A stretch of 64,000 bases of DNA, from positions 9,320-73,319 of the forward strand of contig JAEIOG010000002.1 in assembly GCA_016342495.1 (NCBI GenBank). The letters run 5' to 3'. Each line of letters begins with the position of its first letter. The first letter of the stretch is position 1. The position numbers were made by a program, and so were the translations under genes. The stretch comes from Phycisphaerae bacterium. Lineage in GTDB: Bacteria > Planctomycetota > Phycisphaerae > Sedimentisphaerales > SM23-30. Positions 1 through 9,725 of the stretch are shown in pieces. Below the pieces are notes generated by a model, which saw nothing but the letters and a program-made list of their open reading frames with translations, was not told where the DNA came from and searched no databases.

Positions 1-639
1 TTGGCGCATAATGGTTTGTTATTCCTGGACGAATTCCCGGAATTCAGTCGTTCAGTTCTGGAAAATATCCGACAACCATTAGAAGATGGCACTGTTACTA
101 TTTCACGGGCCGCGGGCACTTTTGCTTTTCCTGCCGACTTCATGTTAGTTACGGCCATGAACCCATGTCCCTGTGGCTACCTAACCGACCCCAAGAAAAA
201 ATGCAAGTGTAGCCCCAATCAGGTTGAACGCTATATGGCTAAAATATCCGGCCCTTTAATGGATCGAATTGACATTCACATTGAAGTCCCGGCGGTACCT
301 TTTAGAGAATTATCCGACGATTCCGATGGCACAAACTCCGACGAAATGCGCAAAATTGTACTAAATGCACGCGAAATACAGGCTAAAAGACTCCAAAATG
401 AAATAGTTTTGACCAATTCCCGTATGAATTCCCGGCTTACCAGGAAATATTGCCTACTGAATTCCGATTGCAAAAAACTGCTGGAACAGGCGGTAACCGA
501 ACTGGGGCTAAGTGCCCGTGCTCACGATAAAGTATTGAAAATCGCCAGAACAATTAGCGACCTGGACCAAACCGATGAAATTCAGGCCCATCATATCGCC
601 GAGGCCATCCAGTATCGCAAGCTCGACCGCCGATATTAA
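1..639 (+). CDS. comM: YifB/ComM family Mg-chelatase-like AAA+ ATPase, C-terminal part (5' end outside window)
   Basis: LFLDEFPEF Walker B, AMNPCPCGY...C-x-C zinc motif, KISGPLMDRID, LSARA..KVLKIARTI.DL, H..EAIQYR end. Confidence 0.9.
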   Translation: MAHNGLLFLDEFPEFSRSVLENIRQPLEDGTVTISRAAGTFAFPADFMLVTAMNPCPCGYLTDPKKKCKCSPNQVERYMAKISGPLMDRIDIHIEVPAVPFRELSDDSDGTNSDEMRKIVLNAREIQAKRLQNEIVLTNSRMNSRLTRKYCLLNSDCKKLLEQAVTELGLSARAHDKVLKIARTISDLDQTDEIQAHHIAEAIQYRKLDRRY

Positions 640-741
640 ACCTGCCATTTCGACAGAAAATCAGCACGAAGCCGCAGCGCCATGCTAAACTCACTATCTT
701 ATCTGAGCTACTAAATCCTTATAATTGCACAGTTGGCTTTG

Positions 742-1059
742 CTATTTCTGGCCCCCGCCGAGCGAACGTATGGTTTCGGCGACATCCCCGATCTGCATAA
801 TTTTCAAACCGAAATTTTCCCCTATTTTCACCGGTTGCCCCAAACCGATAGTGCGATTATTGGCCATCAAATCGATATGCTGATAGGCATCTTTGTCAAA
901 CTGGATAATACTACCGATATTAAGCATCAAAACATTTTGCATAGTCATTTTTTTTTCAGCAACCTTAACAATAACTGGTACTTCCATTTTTAAGATACGG
1001 TCAATATGGCCATGCCCGGCTTCGCCTTGCTGTTGTTCATTTTCATTTTCTTCTGCCAT
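742..1059 (-). CDS. FliM/FliN (SpoA/FliMN_C domain) family protein
   Basis: ILKMEVPVIV..AEK.M....VL.LNIGSIIQF...and G.PVKIGENFGLKI match the FliN/FliM C-terminal pattern. Confidence 0.8.
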   Translation of the reverse strand: MAEENENEQQQGEAGHGHIDRILKMEVPVIVKVAEKKMTMQNVLMLNIGSIIQFDKDAYQHIDLMANNRTIGLGQPVKIGENFGLKIMQIGDVAETIRSLGGGQK

Positions 1060-1367
1060 AAAACACCCTGTTAAAATTGTTCTTCTTCTGATTAAAAAAT
1101 ATGATGCCAGCTTTTTCGCTCCAGCATGCCTAAAATCTAGTTACATTATATCTATCGACGTTAAGATTGGCAAGCTGTATAATTTGTGTGCTTTTGTCTT
1201 TTGTTATAAACACTTTTTTACCAATTCGGCCATGGTAGGCCCTGAACAACCCTTGACACAACCCTCTTTTATAGATATTATTAGGATTGAATTTGAAATA
1301 GCAAACCATGGGAGATGAAGACAAGCTGCACACCGCGGCATAAAAAACCAAAACATGAGGTATTATT

Positions 1368-1772
1368 ATGGCTGAGTTTGAAGGAAAAGATATTTTACTG
1401 ATCGATGACGACAATGATATTATTGTCACCATATCAGCTGCCCTGGAAGAATTGGGCGTTAGCATTCGTCATGCCGGCAATGGCAACAAAGCCGTCGATA
1501 TGGTTAAAGAAAAGACTCCGGATTTATTAATCCTTGACCAGATGCTACCGGGCCGCAGCGGTTTTCTAGTTCTGGAAAAAATTAAACAATTGAGGATGGA
1601 AACCGGCAAGCCTCCTGTCATTATGATTACAGCTAATCCTGGCGCTCGCCACAAAGCTTATGCTGAAACTTTAGGTGTCAACTGTTATATCAACAAGCCA
1701 TTTAGAATGGATAGACTGTTGACTGCAACTAAAGAATTGCTAAGTGCCACCCCCCCAAAAAACAAAGAGTAA
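1368..1772 (+). CDS. Single-domain response regulator (receiver domain)
   Basis: ILLIDDD, PDLLILDQMLPGRSG (phospho-Asp), VIMITA, YINKPF; GAGG RBS upstream. Confidence 0.92.
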   Translation: MAEFEGKDILLIDDDNDIIVTISAALEELGVSIRHAGNGNKAVDMVKEKTPDLLILDQMLPGRSGFLVLEKIKQLRMETGKPPVIMITANPGARHKAYAETLGVNCYINKPFRMDRLLTATKELLSATPPKNKE

Positions 1773-1821
1773 AAAAAGACCCGCTGACATCCTGGCAACG
1801 GGCCTGTATATGAATTTTTAT

Positions 1822-1852
1822 AACCCCAGCTTTATGTTGGGGTTTCTCTTTT
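1822..1852. terminator. Probable intrinsic terminator between convergent genes
   Basis: AACCCCAGC-TTTAT-GTTGGGGTT hairpin followed by T-rich run. Confidence 0.55.
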
Positions 1853-2874
1853 TAAAACTTGAAGCCTATATTTGAGAAGTAATAAGTATCAAGCTTTTCA
1901 ACATTATCAGATGCCTGAGAATTATAATCGTGTTTTACACCAATCTTAAAATAAATACTCTGGCTTTCATTCAAATACATTAAAAATGCAGTGTCAGCAG
2001 TTATTCGATATTGCTGAAAATCATCTAATACCGGACGGTAAATCGTCAACTGCTGGAAATCAACGCTTGAATTAATTTTATAACGCAGGTCTGATTCCAG
2101 AGAAGCAATCGGGGACGATTCTGCGGCTTGCTGATATTCTTTCATTCTTTGATAACCAAAGCCAAACCTGTTTTCATATTTAACATGATCAGTTTCGACC
2201 CAACGCATTCCCACACCCGCTGTCAGCGTTGCCAGATAATCAATTTCTTCTACCGGGTCAATTTCAAAATCGACGGCACCATAATATGAAAATCTTTTAG
2301 AAACTTTGCGGCCGACGCGACCACCAGCTTTCTTTTCATCATCGGTAGTTGTGCTTACACCATTATTCGTCTGTCGGCCATAGCGACTGTTAAAATAAGC
2401 AGCATATATCCAGTTGGGGTTTTCAGCTTCAAATTTGAAATCAGTGGTGAAACTGGTTTTTTCAGTATTGCCTTCACGCAATGCCATACCAAAATCTCCC
2501 TGAAAACTTTTTACAAATTTATAAGGGTCGCGGCAATGTTCACCGAAATCTTTGATATCGCCAGCTTTGACGACCTTGGAGCTGCCACCAGTAATAACCG
2601 TAACAACATCATCATCAATCTTAAGTTTGCGTTCGACTGATTTCTCTTCATCGACTAAAATCATGGGCAAAGCATTTTCAGTTTCCAGTTTGGCAATCTT
2701 AGCGATGTCAACCTTCAATGTACCCAAAGTATCAGATTTGAACATCAACTTGCCGCCTTTGATGCCAACAGTGGTTCCATTGACCACATCGCCATCTTTC
2801 ATAATCAGCTGATCGGCAAAAGCACCCGAAGTCAGCAACAATACCAGTAAAAACATATCTATTACTTTTTTCAT
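1852..2874 (-). CDS. DUF481/YdiY-like outer-membrane beta-barrel protein
   Basis: Signal peptide, AD..MKDGD.V.G N-domain, GNTE motif, amphipathic beta strands, C-terminal IGFKF. Confidence 0.8.
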   Translation of the reverse strand: MKKVIDMFLLVLLLTSGAFADQLIMKDGDVVNGTTVGIKGGKLMFKSDTLGTLKVDIAKIAKLETENALPMILVDEEKSVERKLKIDDDVVTVITGGSSKVVKAGDIKDFGEHCRDPYKFVKSFQGDFGMALREGNTEKTSFTTDFKFEAENPNWIYAAYFNSRYGRQTNNGVSTTTDDEKKAGGRVGRKVSKRFSYYGAVDFEIDPVEEIDYLATLTAGVGMRWVETDHVKYENRFGFGYQRMKEYQQAAESSPIASLESDLRYKINSSVDFQQLTIYRPVLDDFQQYRITADTAFLMYLNESQSIYFKIGVKHDYNSQASDNVEKLDTYYFSNIGFKF

Positions 2875-3062
2875 AAGTATATCCTTAAAACAGATTCATA
2901 ATATTTGCATTCACATTCATGATTTTCTGCAAGTTTCCAATGATTGTCAATACAAAACTCGCTAAATTGCCAACTGTCCGATAATATCGCCCATTCAGGC
3001 TTGCTCAATTATATTCAACCAAAAATATTTTTTTCAACTCAATAAAAAAAAAAATCTCAGCC

Positions 3063-3623
3063 TCAATCCTGGCCAAATTTCGGATAATACTCACTCAGTC
3101 GGCATATCGCCATCGCCAATGCTTCCACGCTTTCTTTGGTGCAATACACTGGTCCATCATTGTAATCACCACCAATACAGGGCACCCCAATAAAACAACA
3201 AAACCTGCAAAGCTGTGAATAAATATCGGTCTCATCAAAACAGGAAACCGGATCCGGACAGTCTTCATAAAGATCATAACTCAGATCGCCAAGTGCCTCT
3301 GTCAAAAACCTTTGCATTTTCTCATCTTTGCATTTTTCAATCACCAGGTCTTTTTCAGTAGGAGTAGCTGTAACATCAACCACCAACACCACATCATCTT
3401 CATTTAATGTACTTAAAACTTCACACGCACCGGCCATATCAACTTCTTCATCATAAGTTAATTCAATGCGGGTATGTTCATTATTAAGTTGGCCAGAAAA
3501 ATATGCTTTCATTACCGCATAAACCCCAACAAAATTATCCAGATGTCCTTTATAACAATCGCCCTCGTGCGATAATGAGTGAAATTCAAAACCCGTATCT
3601 GCATGGCAAGAAATAACTAACAT
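3063..3623 (-). CDS. Small Zn-dependent exopeptidase-fold protein (M28/M42-like core)
   Basis: ISCHADT (HxD), GHLDNFVGV, TYDEEV, LVVDVT in the order of M28/M42 metal ligands. Confidence 0.6.
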   Translation of the reverse strand: MLVISCHADTGFEFHSLSHEGDCYKGHLDNFVGVYAVMKAYFSGQLNNEHTRIELTYDEEVDMAGACEVLSTLNEDDVVLVVDVTATPTEKDLVIEKCKDEKMQRFLTEALGDLSYDLYEDCPDPVSCFDETDIYSQLCRFCCFIGVPCIGGDYNDGPVYCTKESVEALAMAICRLSEYYPKFGQD

Positions 3624-3723
3624 AAAATACTTTCCTAATAAAAATTATAATTCCAGAAGAACATGGCCTGTTTTATTCTCAATATAAACCACGAGCACGA
3701 GGCTGGAAGGGATAGATTTATTT

Positions 3724-3982
3724 TTACTTAACATATAAAGGATTCAATGACAAAGAACGACACTTAGACATATTACAAACCAATTCTCATTTGACGATAA
3801 CCATCCTTCCCCACAAATATTGCACATAAGCCAATTATTTTCAATAGAAGTTACTAAAGTTACCACATCTGGTCTGACAAACTCTAAATCAATTTTTCCC
3901 CGAGCACGCGGCACAGAATTGCCTGTATCACGGGCAGTAGAACCAAAACATAAACTCCTACAATCTATACCGAATCCAAGCC
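3724..3982 (-). pseudogene. Start-less, frameshifted fragment of a small zinc-ribbon protein
   Basis: Manual translation ...WLMCNICGEGWLSSNENWFVIC then, after a frame change, KCRSLSLNPLYVK*; no convincing start. Confidence 0.4.
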
Positions 3983-3991
3983 CTTAAAGCA

Positions 3992-4384
3992 TCAATCATA
4001 TTTCTGTAGCTCTGCAAACATAAATTCTTTATCCTGAGCTGTTGGTTTGTGTTTGGAAAAGTCAATTTCAGCAAATCTATCAGAAAAATATGTCTTCAAA
4101 CCAGCCCAACCCGCTAATTGTAAAACCCTATTCTTTTCACAAGCTAGTTCCAAAAGTACTGGCAAAGCAAATTCAATATCATGCCCCCTTTTGGCCAATT
4201 CTTTTAAAACAGAATTACACTTCATTTTATTCTTTTGAATTATTTCACGTAATTCTTCAGAAGATTTTTCAGGTATTTTTTTTATATCTCTCAAAAATTT
4301 GCCTGCAATAATAAAATGCAATATTGGCCAGCCTAGAGCCAAAGTAAAACCCAGTATTTTAAGCACAGTCCAGCAATTTTCCAT
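3992..4384 (-). CDS. Hypothetical membrane-anchored protein
   Basis: Open frame with N-terminal hydrophobic helix (ILGFTLALGWPILHFIIAG); ATG at 4384 chosen as likely start; AT-rich. Confidence 0.55.
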   Translation of the reverse strand: MENCWTVLKILGFTLALGWPILHFIIAGKFLRDIKKIPEKSSEELREIIQKNKMKCNSVLKELAKRGHDIEFALPVLLELACEKNRVLQLAGWAGLKTYFSDRFAEIDFSKHKPTAQDKEFMFAELQKYD

Positions 4385-4446
4385 ACAAAACCTCAAGCTC
4401 CTCATTAGACACATAACACTGCAATTGACCACAAAGTACTGTCGGG

Positions 4447-4478
4447 CGGGTGGTAACGATTAACTTGTTAACCGATGG
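4447..4478. repeat. Palindromic repeat element (CGGTTAAC-NN-GTTAACCG family), degenerate copy
   Basis: CGATTAACTTGTTAACCGATGG; related copies near 14444-14468, 19738-19770 and 20249-20278. Confidence 0.7.
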
Positions 4479-4637
4479 TTAAATGCTACAAAAAACATTA
4501 CAACGATAGCCATCCATCACGACCAATATTAATGGAATCATTTTTTAATTCTTCCAAAATTAAAAATCTATTCTAACCCAACCCAACATCTCAATCAAAT
4601 AAAAAACCACCCACCAGCCAGAGCCCTGATAAAATCA

Positions 4638-4725
4638 ACATGAGCAAAGCGAACTCCACAACCCAGCCCGTAACTAACCCCAACCAATCGCCGGCAGTAT
4701 ATCCAACCAGTCCAAACACAAACCA
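4638..4725 (+). repeat. Composite REP-like intergenic mosaic repeat
   Basis: CATGAGCAAAGCGAACTCCACAACCCAGCCCG..ACTAAC..CAACCAATC..GCAG.ATAT..AACCA..CAAACACAAAC; also at 13.6-13.77 kb, 15.7 kb and inverted at 19.5 and 20.0 kb. Confidence 0.8.
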
Positions 4726-4727
4726 AC

Positions 4728-4759
4728 AAAAAAGGCATAGCCTTTTATTGCTATGCCTT
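4728..4759 (-). terminator. Intrinsic terminator downstream of rho
   Basis: Minus strand AAGGCATAGC-AATAAAAG-GCTATGCCTT then T6. Confidence 0.8.
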
Positions 4760-4781
4760 GGATTCTCAAAATATATTTTCT

Positions 4782-6347
4782 TTAATTCAGATTCATCGTC
4801 ATCAAAAATTCCGCATTGGATTGAACTTTCCTTAAACGGTTTTTCAAAAGCTCGACACTTTCGACCGGGTTCATATCGCTTAATACCCGACGCAAGCGAT
4901 AAACCAGTTCCAGTTCCTTCGGATCCATCAGCAACTCTTCACGACGTGTGCCACTGCGACCAATATCAATTGCTGGCCAGGTGCGACGTTCGACCAGACG
5001 ACGATCAAGATGCAATTCCATATTACCGGTACCTTTGAACTCTTCAAAAATAACTTCGTCCATCTTTGAACCAGTATCAACCAGTGCGGTAGCAAGAATT
5101 GTCAGCGAGCCGCCTTCTTCAATATTACGGGCAGCACCAAAGAATTTCTTAGGTTTCTGCAAAGCATTTGCATCAACACCACCGGTTAGAATCTTACCGG
5201 AATGAGGAATTTCAGTATTATACGCACGAGCCAGACGAGTAATCGAATCCAGCAAAATCACAACATCCTGGCCATATTCAACCTGGCGTTTGGCTTTTTC
5301 GATAACCATTTCAGCAACCTGTACATGACGGGATGCAGGTTCATCAAAACAGCTGGAGATAACTTCAACTTCTTTGCCAGTGGCCCGCTGCATTTCTGTC
5401 ACTTCTTCAGGACGTTCATCAATCAGCAAAACAATAAGTTGTACTTCTGGATGATTTATACTGATAGCATTAGCGATCTTCTGCAGCAGAATAGTTTTAC
5501 CGGTTCTAGGCGGAGCAACGATAAGACCACGTTGGCCTTTACCGATTGGAGTTGCGATATCAACAATACGCATGCTGATTTCTTCCGGGTTTGTCTCCAA
5601 AACCAGTCTTTCATTGGGATGCAAAGGGGTAAGATCTTCAAAAACAGTTTTCTCTGTTAGAGCTTCTGGATCTTCATAATTGACCGCCTCAACTCGCAAT
5701 AAAGCAAAATATTTTTCCGATTCCTTTGGCGGACGAATCTGACCTGCTACAATATTACCATTTCGCAATCCAAATCGACGAATCTGACTGGGCGAAACAT
5801 AAATATCATCCGGGCAGGGAATATAGTTATAATCCGGAGTCCGCAAAAAACCATAGCCATCTGGCAATAGCTCCAAAACACCTTCGCCATACATCAAACC
5901 ATTACGGCGAATTCGCTCGCGGACAATTTTAAAGGTCAAATCCTGTTTCTTCAAACCAGTATATTCGTTTAGGCCTTCTTCTTTGGCCATCGCCCGAAGT
6001 TCTTCAACGCTCATTTTCTGCAAATCAGTAATATGCAGATTGCCACGTTTGATTTCTTCGTATTTGGCATGGGTCTCTTCATCGAAAACATTAACGATGG
6101 TATGACTTGAAGATTCTTCCTGAGCCTTTTTGTCATTGGATTTCCCGTTTGTACCATTGCCTTCTTTGACTTGAGACTTCGAAGCGGCTTTAGCTACCTT
6201 GGGCTTGCGACCTCTTTTTTGTTTTTTGTCAGTCACGGCTGATTCCTCCGCTTGCTCTTTGGTATTTCCGTCAACATCTTTAGCTACCTCTTTAGCAACT
6301 TTTTGTGTCTTCTTTTTTGTACTTCTTTTGATAGTGGCCTTAGCCAT
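4782..6347 (-). CDS. rho: Transcription termination factor Rho with Lys-rich N-terminal extension
   Basis: [73 protein letters not shown]. Confidence 0.99.
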   Translation of the reverse strand: MAKATIKRSTKKKTQKVAKEVAKDVDGNTKEQAEESAVTDKKQKRGRKPKVAKAASKSQVKEGNGTNGKSNDKKAQEESSSHTIVNVFDEETHAKYEEIKRGNLHITDLQKMSVEELRAMAKEEGLNEYTGLKKQDLTFKIVRERIRRNGLMYGEGVLELLPDGYGFLRTPDYNYIPCPDDIYVSPSQIRRFGLRNGNIVAGQIRPPKESEKYFALLRVEAVNYEDPEALTEKTVFEDLTPLHPNERLVLETNPEEISMRIVDIATPIGKGQRGLIVAPPRTGKTILLQKIANAISINHPEVQLIVLLIDERPEEVTEMQRATGKEVEVISSCFDEPASRHVQVAEMVIEKAKRQVEYGQDVVILLDSITRLARAYNTEIPHSGKILTGGVDANALQKPKKFFGAARNIEEGGSLTILATALVDTGSKMDEVIFEEFKGTGNMELHLDRRLVERRTWPAIDIGRSGTRREELLMDPKELELVYRLRRVLSDMNPVESVELLKNRLRKVQSNAEFLMTMNLN

Positions 6348-6681
6348 CTAAAACTCCTGTTAATTAAAAGCTAATCTGAATTATTTCAAATTATCTGTAA
6401 AACACCAATATATAATGACTTATGTCATATATATGGATATTGCCATTTGCAATAATCATCTAAGCCAGGAGGTTATTCGTCGGAAATAGTTTTGGAAAAC
6501 TTTTAACTGATGAGAAAACACCTTTTTTTGAGACTGAGCCCAAAATCTTTGGCTTTTGCGTGCCGATGGCGTAAAACAATAATATGTAAGTGATGACAGC
6601 TTCAGTATTTATACTTCACAATCGAAAGTTTTAATACATTTACTTTCCCCAGACTAAGGTCACTGTGCAATAACCTAATGG

Positions 6682-7314
6682 CTATTCGCTTGCTGTGCTT
6701 GATATTATTCGGGAAAAAACACTAGCGACCTGTTGTGCTGTATCGGTGATACCGGAACTGTTGTTGACAATATAATCGGACATTTTGGCCTTCATGTCCA
6801 GTGGAATCTGACAATTTTCCACGTTTTTTATTCTTTTTTTATCCCAATTGCGATTTTTTATCAATCTTTCGTGCCGAATTGACTCTTCCACCTCCACAAA
6901 AACCAGAAAATCGCATAAATGCCCTTGCTCAGCTTCCAATAATACCGGGGCATCTAATATTATCGCCTTAACATCAACTTCAGCCGAAATCAATGCAATT
7001 TGATTCCTAACTTCCTTAAATATCAGAGGATATAGATAATTCGTCAGTTTTTTCAGCTTCGCCTGGTCCCCAAAGACAATCTGAGCTATCGCCCCGCGAT
7101 CCAACTGACCATCACTTACAATACCCCCACCCCACCAACTGACCAGAACTTCCACTATTTCCGGCCAGGTCAATATCTGATGATTAATCCGGTCGGCATC
7201 TATCGACTCACAGCCCAGCTTGACAAATTCCGCCGCAACCGAACTCTTACCAGCCCCAACACCACCTAACAGCCCAATCACCGGCTTACTATGTTTACCA
7301 TTTGTCTTTGTCAT
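6682..7314 (-). CDS. coaE: Dephospho-CoA kinase
   Basis: IGLLGGVGAGKS, IDAD, LDRGAIA..VF.D, LDAPVLLE, C-terminal Q...K...DYIVNN. Confidence 0.93.
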   Translation of the reverse strand: MTKTNGKHSKPVIGLLGGVGAGKSSVAAEFVKLGCESIDADRINHQILTWPEIVEVLVSWWGGGIVSDGQLDRGAIAQIVFGDQAKLKKLTNYLYPLIFKEVRNQIALISAEVDVKAIILDAPVLLEAEQGHLCDFLVFVEVEESIRHERLIKNRNWDKKRIKNVENCQIPLDMKAKMSDYIVNNSSGITDTAQQVASVFSRIISSTASE

Positions 7315-7344
7315 AAAAATTCATAACTCCATACCATATTCAAG

Positions 7345-7366
7345 GTAGGATGGGCTATGCCCATGC
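7345..7366 (+). repeat. GTAG-type REP (GTAGGATGGGC-nnn-GCCCATGC)
   Basis: 5' GTAG tetranucleotide plus hairpin; copies or variants at 7801, 12307, 13569, 53795 and inverted at 19865. Confidence 0.8.
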
Positions 7367-7527
7367 TGTTCAAATTCCTCATATTCCATATTAACATTAA
7401 AATCTATTTTAGCTATTTAAATTCTATTGTACCAGCCACACACAGCCGCTACCGGGCTTAAAAATCTACATTATATTTAACTATCTCATCAAGTTCATAG
7501 TCAAGATTGAAAAGTAAACATATACAT

Positions 7528-7742
7528 TTACCATTCATTCCTAACCCCCCCCATCATGCCATCAGTTAAAGTAATAGCGTATGTCGTTGAATAACCGCGA
7601 ACAGGATCATTATATCTTTTCCCTGAAATCACAGATTCACTTGTTGGCTCTCCTAATGTGATTGTACTTAAATATGGATAAAAGGGGATAACCGCCGTTT
7701 CTTCATTATTTTTTGTCAGATACCCATGCCATGCTGAACCCT
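7528..7742 (-). pseudogene. Possible 3' fragment of an unknown gene abutting REP elements
   Basis: About 65 open codons ending in TAA at 7528; the apparent start lies inside the REP palindrome at 7743. Confidence 0.35.
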
Positions 7743-7870
7743 GTAGAGACAAGGCATGCCTTGTCTCATTCCTACCCAGGTGCCGAATCCAGCCCAGTCC
7801 GATGGGCTATGCCCATGCTGATTAAAACAGCAATGAGCTCAGCGAATACCACGACCAACCCATCGACCAG
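7743..7870 (+). repeat. REP cluster: GTAGAGACAAGGCATGCCTTGTCTC palindrome, GGGCTATGCCC hairpin and ATGAGC..AGCGAATACCAC module
   Basis: GAGACAAGGCATGCCTTGTCTC perfect palindrome within 7743-7767, identical copy at 12194-12218. Confidence 0.85.
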
Positions 7871-8109
7871 TACCCAAGCCACAATAAAAACCAATTGCAT
7901 CAAAGCAGGCTCTGCCAGCTAAAAAAAATCCCCAACCATCTACGCGCACCTGCAGTCTAAATAAAATTAAACCCCGTCGCCCAGCAACATCGGGGTCTAA
8001 TTCACTTTTACCATTACATTTAAATTAAGGGAATCTCTAATAATTGCTTTCATCAGCGAGAGCGAAAAAAGATTCGCTCACAGTAGAAATCCAATTTTTA
8101 GAGTTTGCC

Positions 8110-8538
8110 TTAGGCTATCTCGACCATTTCTATCTCAAAGGTCAGATCCTCACCGGCCAATTCATGGTTAGCATCAAGAGTGATGGCTTCTTCAGCAATT
8201 TTAGTAATTGTTACAACTACCATCTGACCACCAGGCTGAGGCATTTGCAGTTTCATACCCAACTCCAATTGCATATCTTCTGGAAAACGGTCCCGCGGAG
8301 CTTCTAAAGTTAGCTCATCACGTTTTTCCCCATAAGCCTCTGCCGCTGGAATTGTTATTGTCTTTTTATCGCCTACAGCCATACCTTCAACTGCCTTATC
8401 AAAACCAGGAATCATTTGCCCAGCGGCAACTTTGAATTCCAAAGGGTCCCGCCCATGGGAACAATCAAATTCATTGCCATCTTTTAAGGTGCCGCGGTAA
8501 TGTACTTTTACGGTATCGCCTTGTTTAACCTGAGTCAT
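8110..8538 (-). CDS. FKBP-type peptidyl-prolyl isomerase (SlyD/SlpA type, no His-rich tail)
   Basis: GDTVKVHYRGTL.DG.EFD.S, GQMIPGF, AYG, LDANH.LAGEDLTFEI. Confidence 0.95.
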   Translation of the reverse strand: MTQVKQGDTVKVHYRGTLKDGNEFDCSHGRDPLEFKVAAGQMIPGFDKAVEGMAVGDKKTITIPAAEAYGEKRDELTLEAPRDRFPEDMQLELGMKLQMPQPGGQMVVVTITKIAEEAITLDANHELAGEDLTFEIEMVEIA

Positions 8539-8776
8539 TTTACTTACTTTCTGTGAGATAGTTATTGTTTGGCTCCTTACTTACAGGATTTCGCCGACAA
8601 TTATAACAAAATATCTCCCATACCGAAACAATAATCAATCCCAATATTGGGCCTACCCTTTCCCGACAACTATTACTCCATATTTACATGAATTAGTTTG
8701 AGAACTATCGAATCTAACGCTATCATCTGTTATTGCAATTCAGCAAATATATATCCAGCTTAAAATGGAGACTATT

Positions 8777-9688
8777 ATGAAAAATTTCACTTCCATCGCC
8801 TTATTGCTCTTATGCACTCTGACCGCAGGTTGCCAGAATAATCATCGAGCCGCCCTCAACCATGAAATCCAAATGCATGGCTTGCTTGCCGAAGGTGCAA
8901 CCGTACAGGAACTCGCAAGCGATTTCAATTTCACCGAAGGCCCTGCCGCCGACACCCAGGGCAATGTCTACTTCACCGATATCCCCAATAATCGCATCCA
9001 CAAATTCTCCATAGATAATAAACTTTCCTTATTCAAGGATGACACCGGCGGGGCTAATGGCCTGTATTTCGATAAAAATGGCAATTTATTGGCCTGTGCT
9101 GGCGGCGCTGGCAAACTCGTCCGATTTGATCTCCATACCAAAATGACCGAAACTCTAGCCGACAAATTCAACAATAAATCCTTCAATAGCCCCAATGATC
9201 TCTGGCCCGACCATAAAGGTGGCATTTATTTCACCGACCCACGCTATGGCCGCGACCGAAATCTGCCCCAGGACGGCGAACACGTCTATTATCTTCCACC
9301 CGATGGCAAAAACATAATTCGCGTAGTCAACGATATGGTCCGCCCTAATGGCCTGATCGGCACTCCCGATGGCAATATCCTCTATATCACCGATAACGGT
9401 GCTGGCAAAACATGGAAATACCACATCAATAGCGATGGCTCTTTGACAGACAAAACCCTTTTTGCCGAAGTTGGCAGCGATGGTATGACCATCGACATTC
9501 TCGGCAACGTTTACCTTACTACAAATTCTATCGAAGTTTATCAACCTTCAGGCCAGAAACTTACTAATATCCCCATCCCCCAGCGACCCACAAATGTCAC
9601 TTTTGGCGGCAAAAATAACGACACCCTGTTTATCACCGCCAGAAAATCGCTATATGCCATCAAGCTCAGGGTAACCGGAGCTGAATAA
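8777..9688 (+). CDS. SMP-30/gluconolactonase family lipoprotein
   Basis: Lipobox TAGC, FTEGPA, FNSPNDL, YFTDP.YG, RPNG, SDGMT.D, PTNVTFGG; GGAG RBS before ATG at 8777. Confidence 0.92.
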   Translation: MKNFTSIALLLLCTLTAGCQNNHRAALNHEIQMHGLLAEGATVQELASDFNFTEGPAADTQGNVYFTDIPNNRIHKFSIDNKLSLFKDDTGGANGLYFDKNGNLLACAGGAGKLVRFDLHTKMTETLADKFNNKSFNSPNDLWPDHKGGIYFTDPRYGRDRNLPQDGEHVYYLPPDGKNIIRVVNDMVRPNGLIGTPDGNILYITDNGAGKTWKYHINSDGSLTDKTLFAEVGSDGMTIDILGNVYLTTNSIEVYQPSGQKLTNIPIPQRPTNVTFGGKNNDTLFITARKSLYAIKLRVTGAE

Positions 9689-9725
9689 TTTATATAATGC
9701 AATTAATAAATAAAGGAGCATTTTC

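Noticed and set aside
3900-3960. AGGAG...ATG TTT TGG TTC TAC TGC CCG TGA as a selenoprotein start
   Set aside because: A second in-frame TGA follows 12 codons later and no SECIS-like hairpin or known selenoprotein family is evident
6480-6600. Riboswitch (c-di-GMP-I-like GCAAAA motif) in the rho leader
   Set aside because: The conserved paired elements and tetraloop/receptor could not be matched by eye; an Rfam covariance search would be needed
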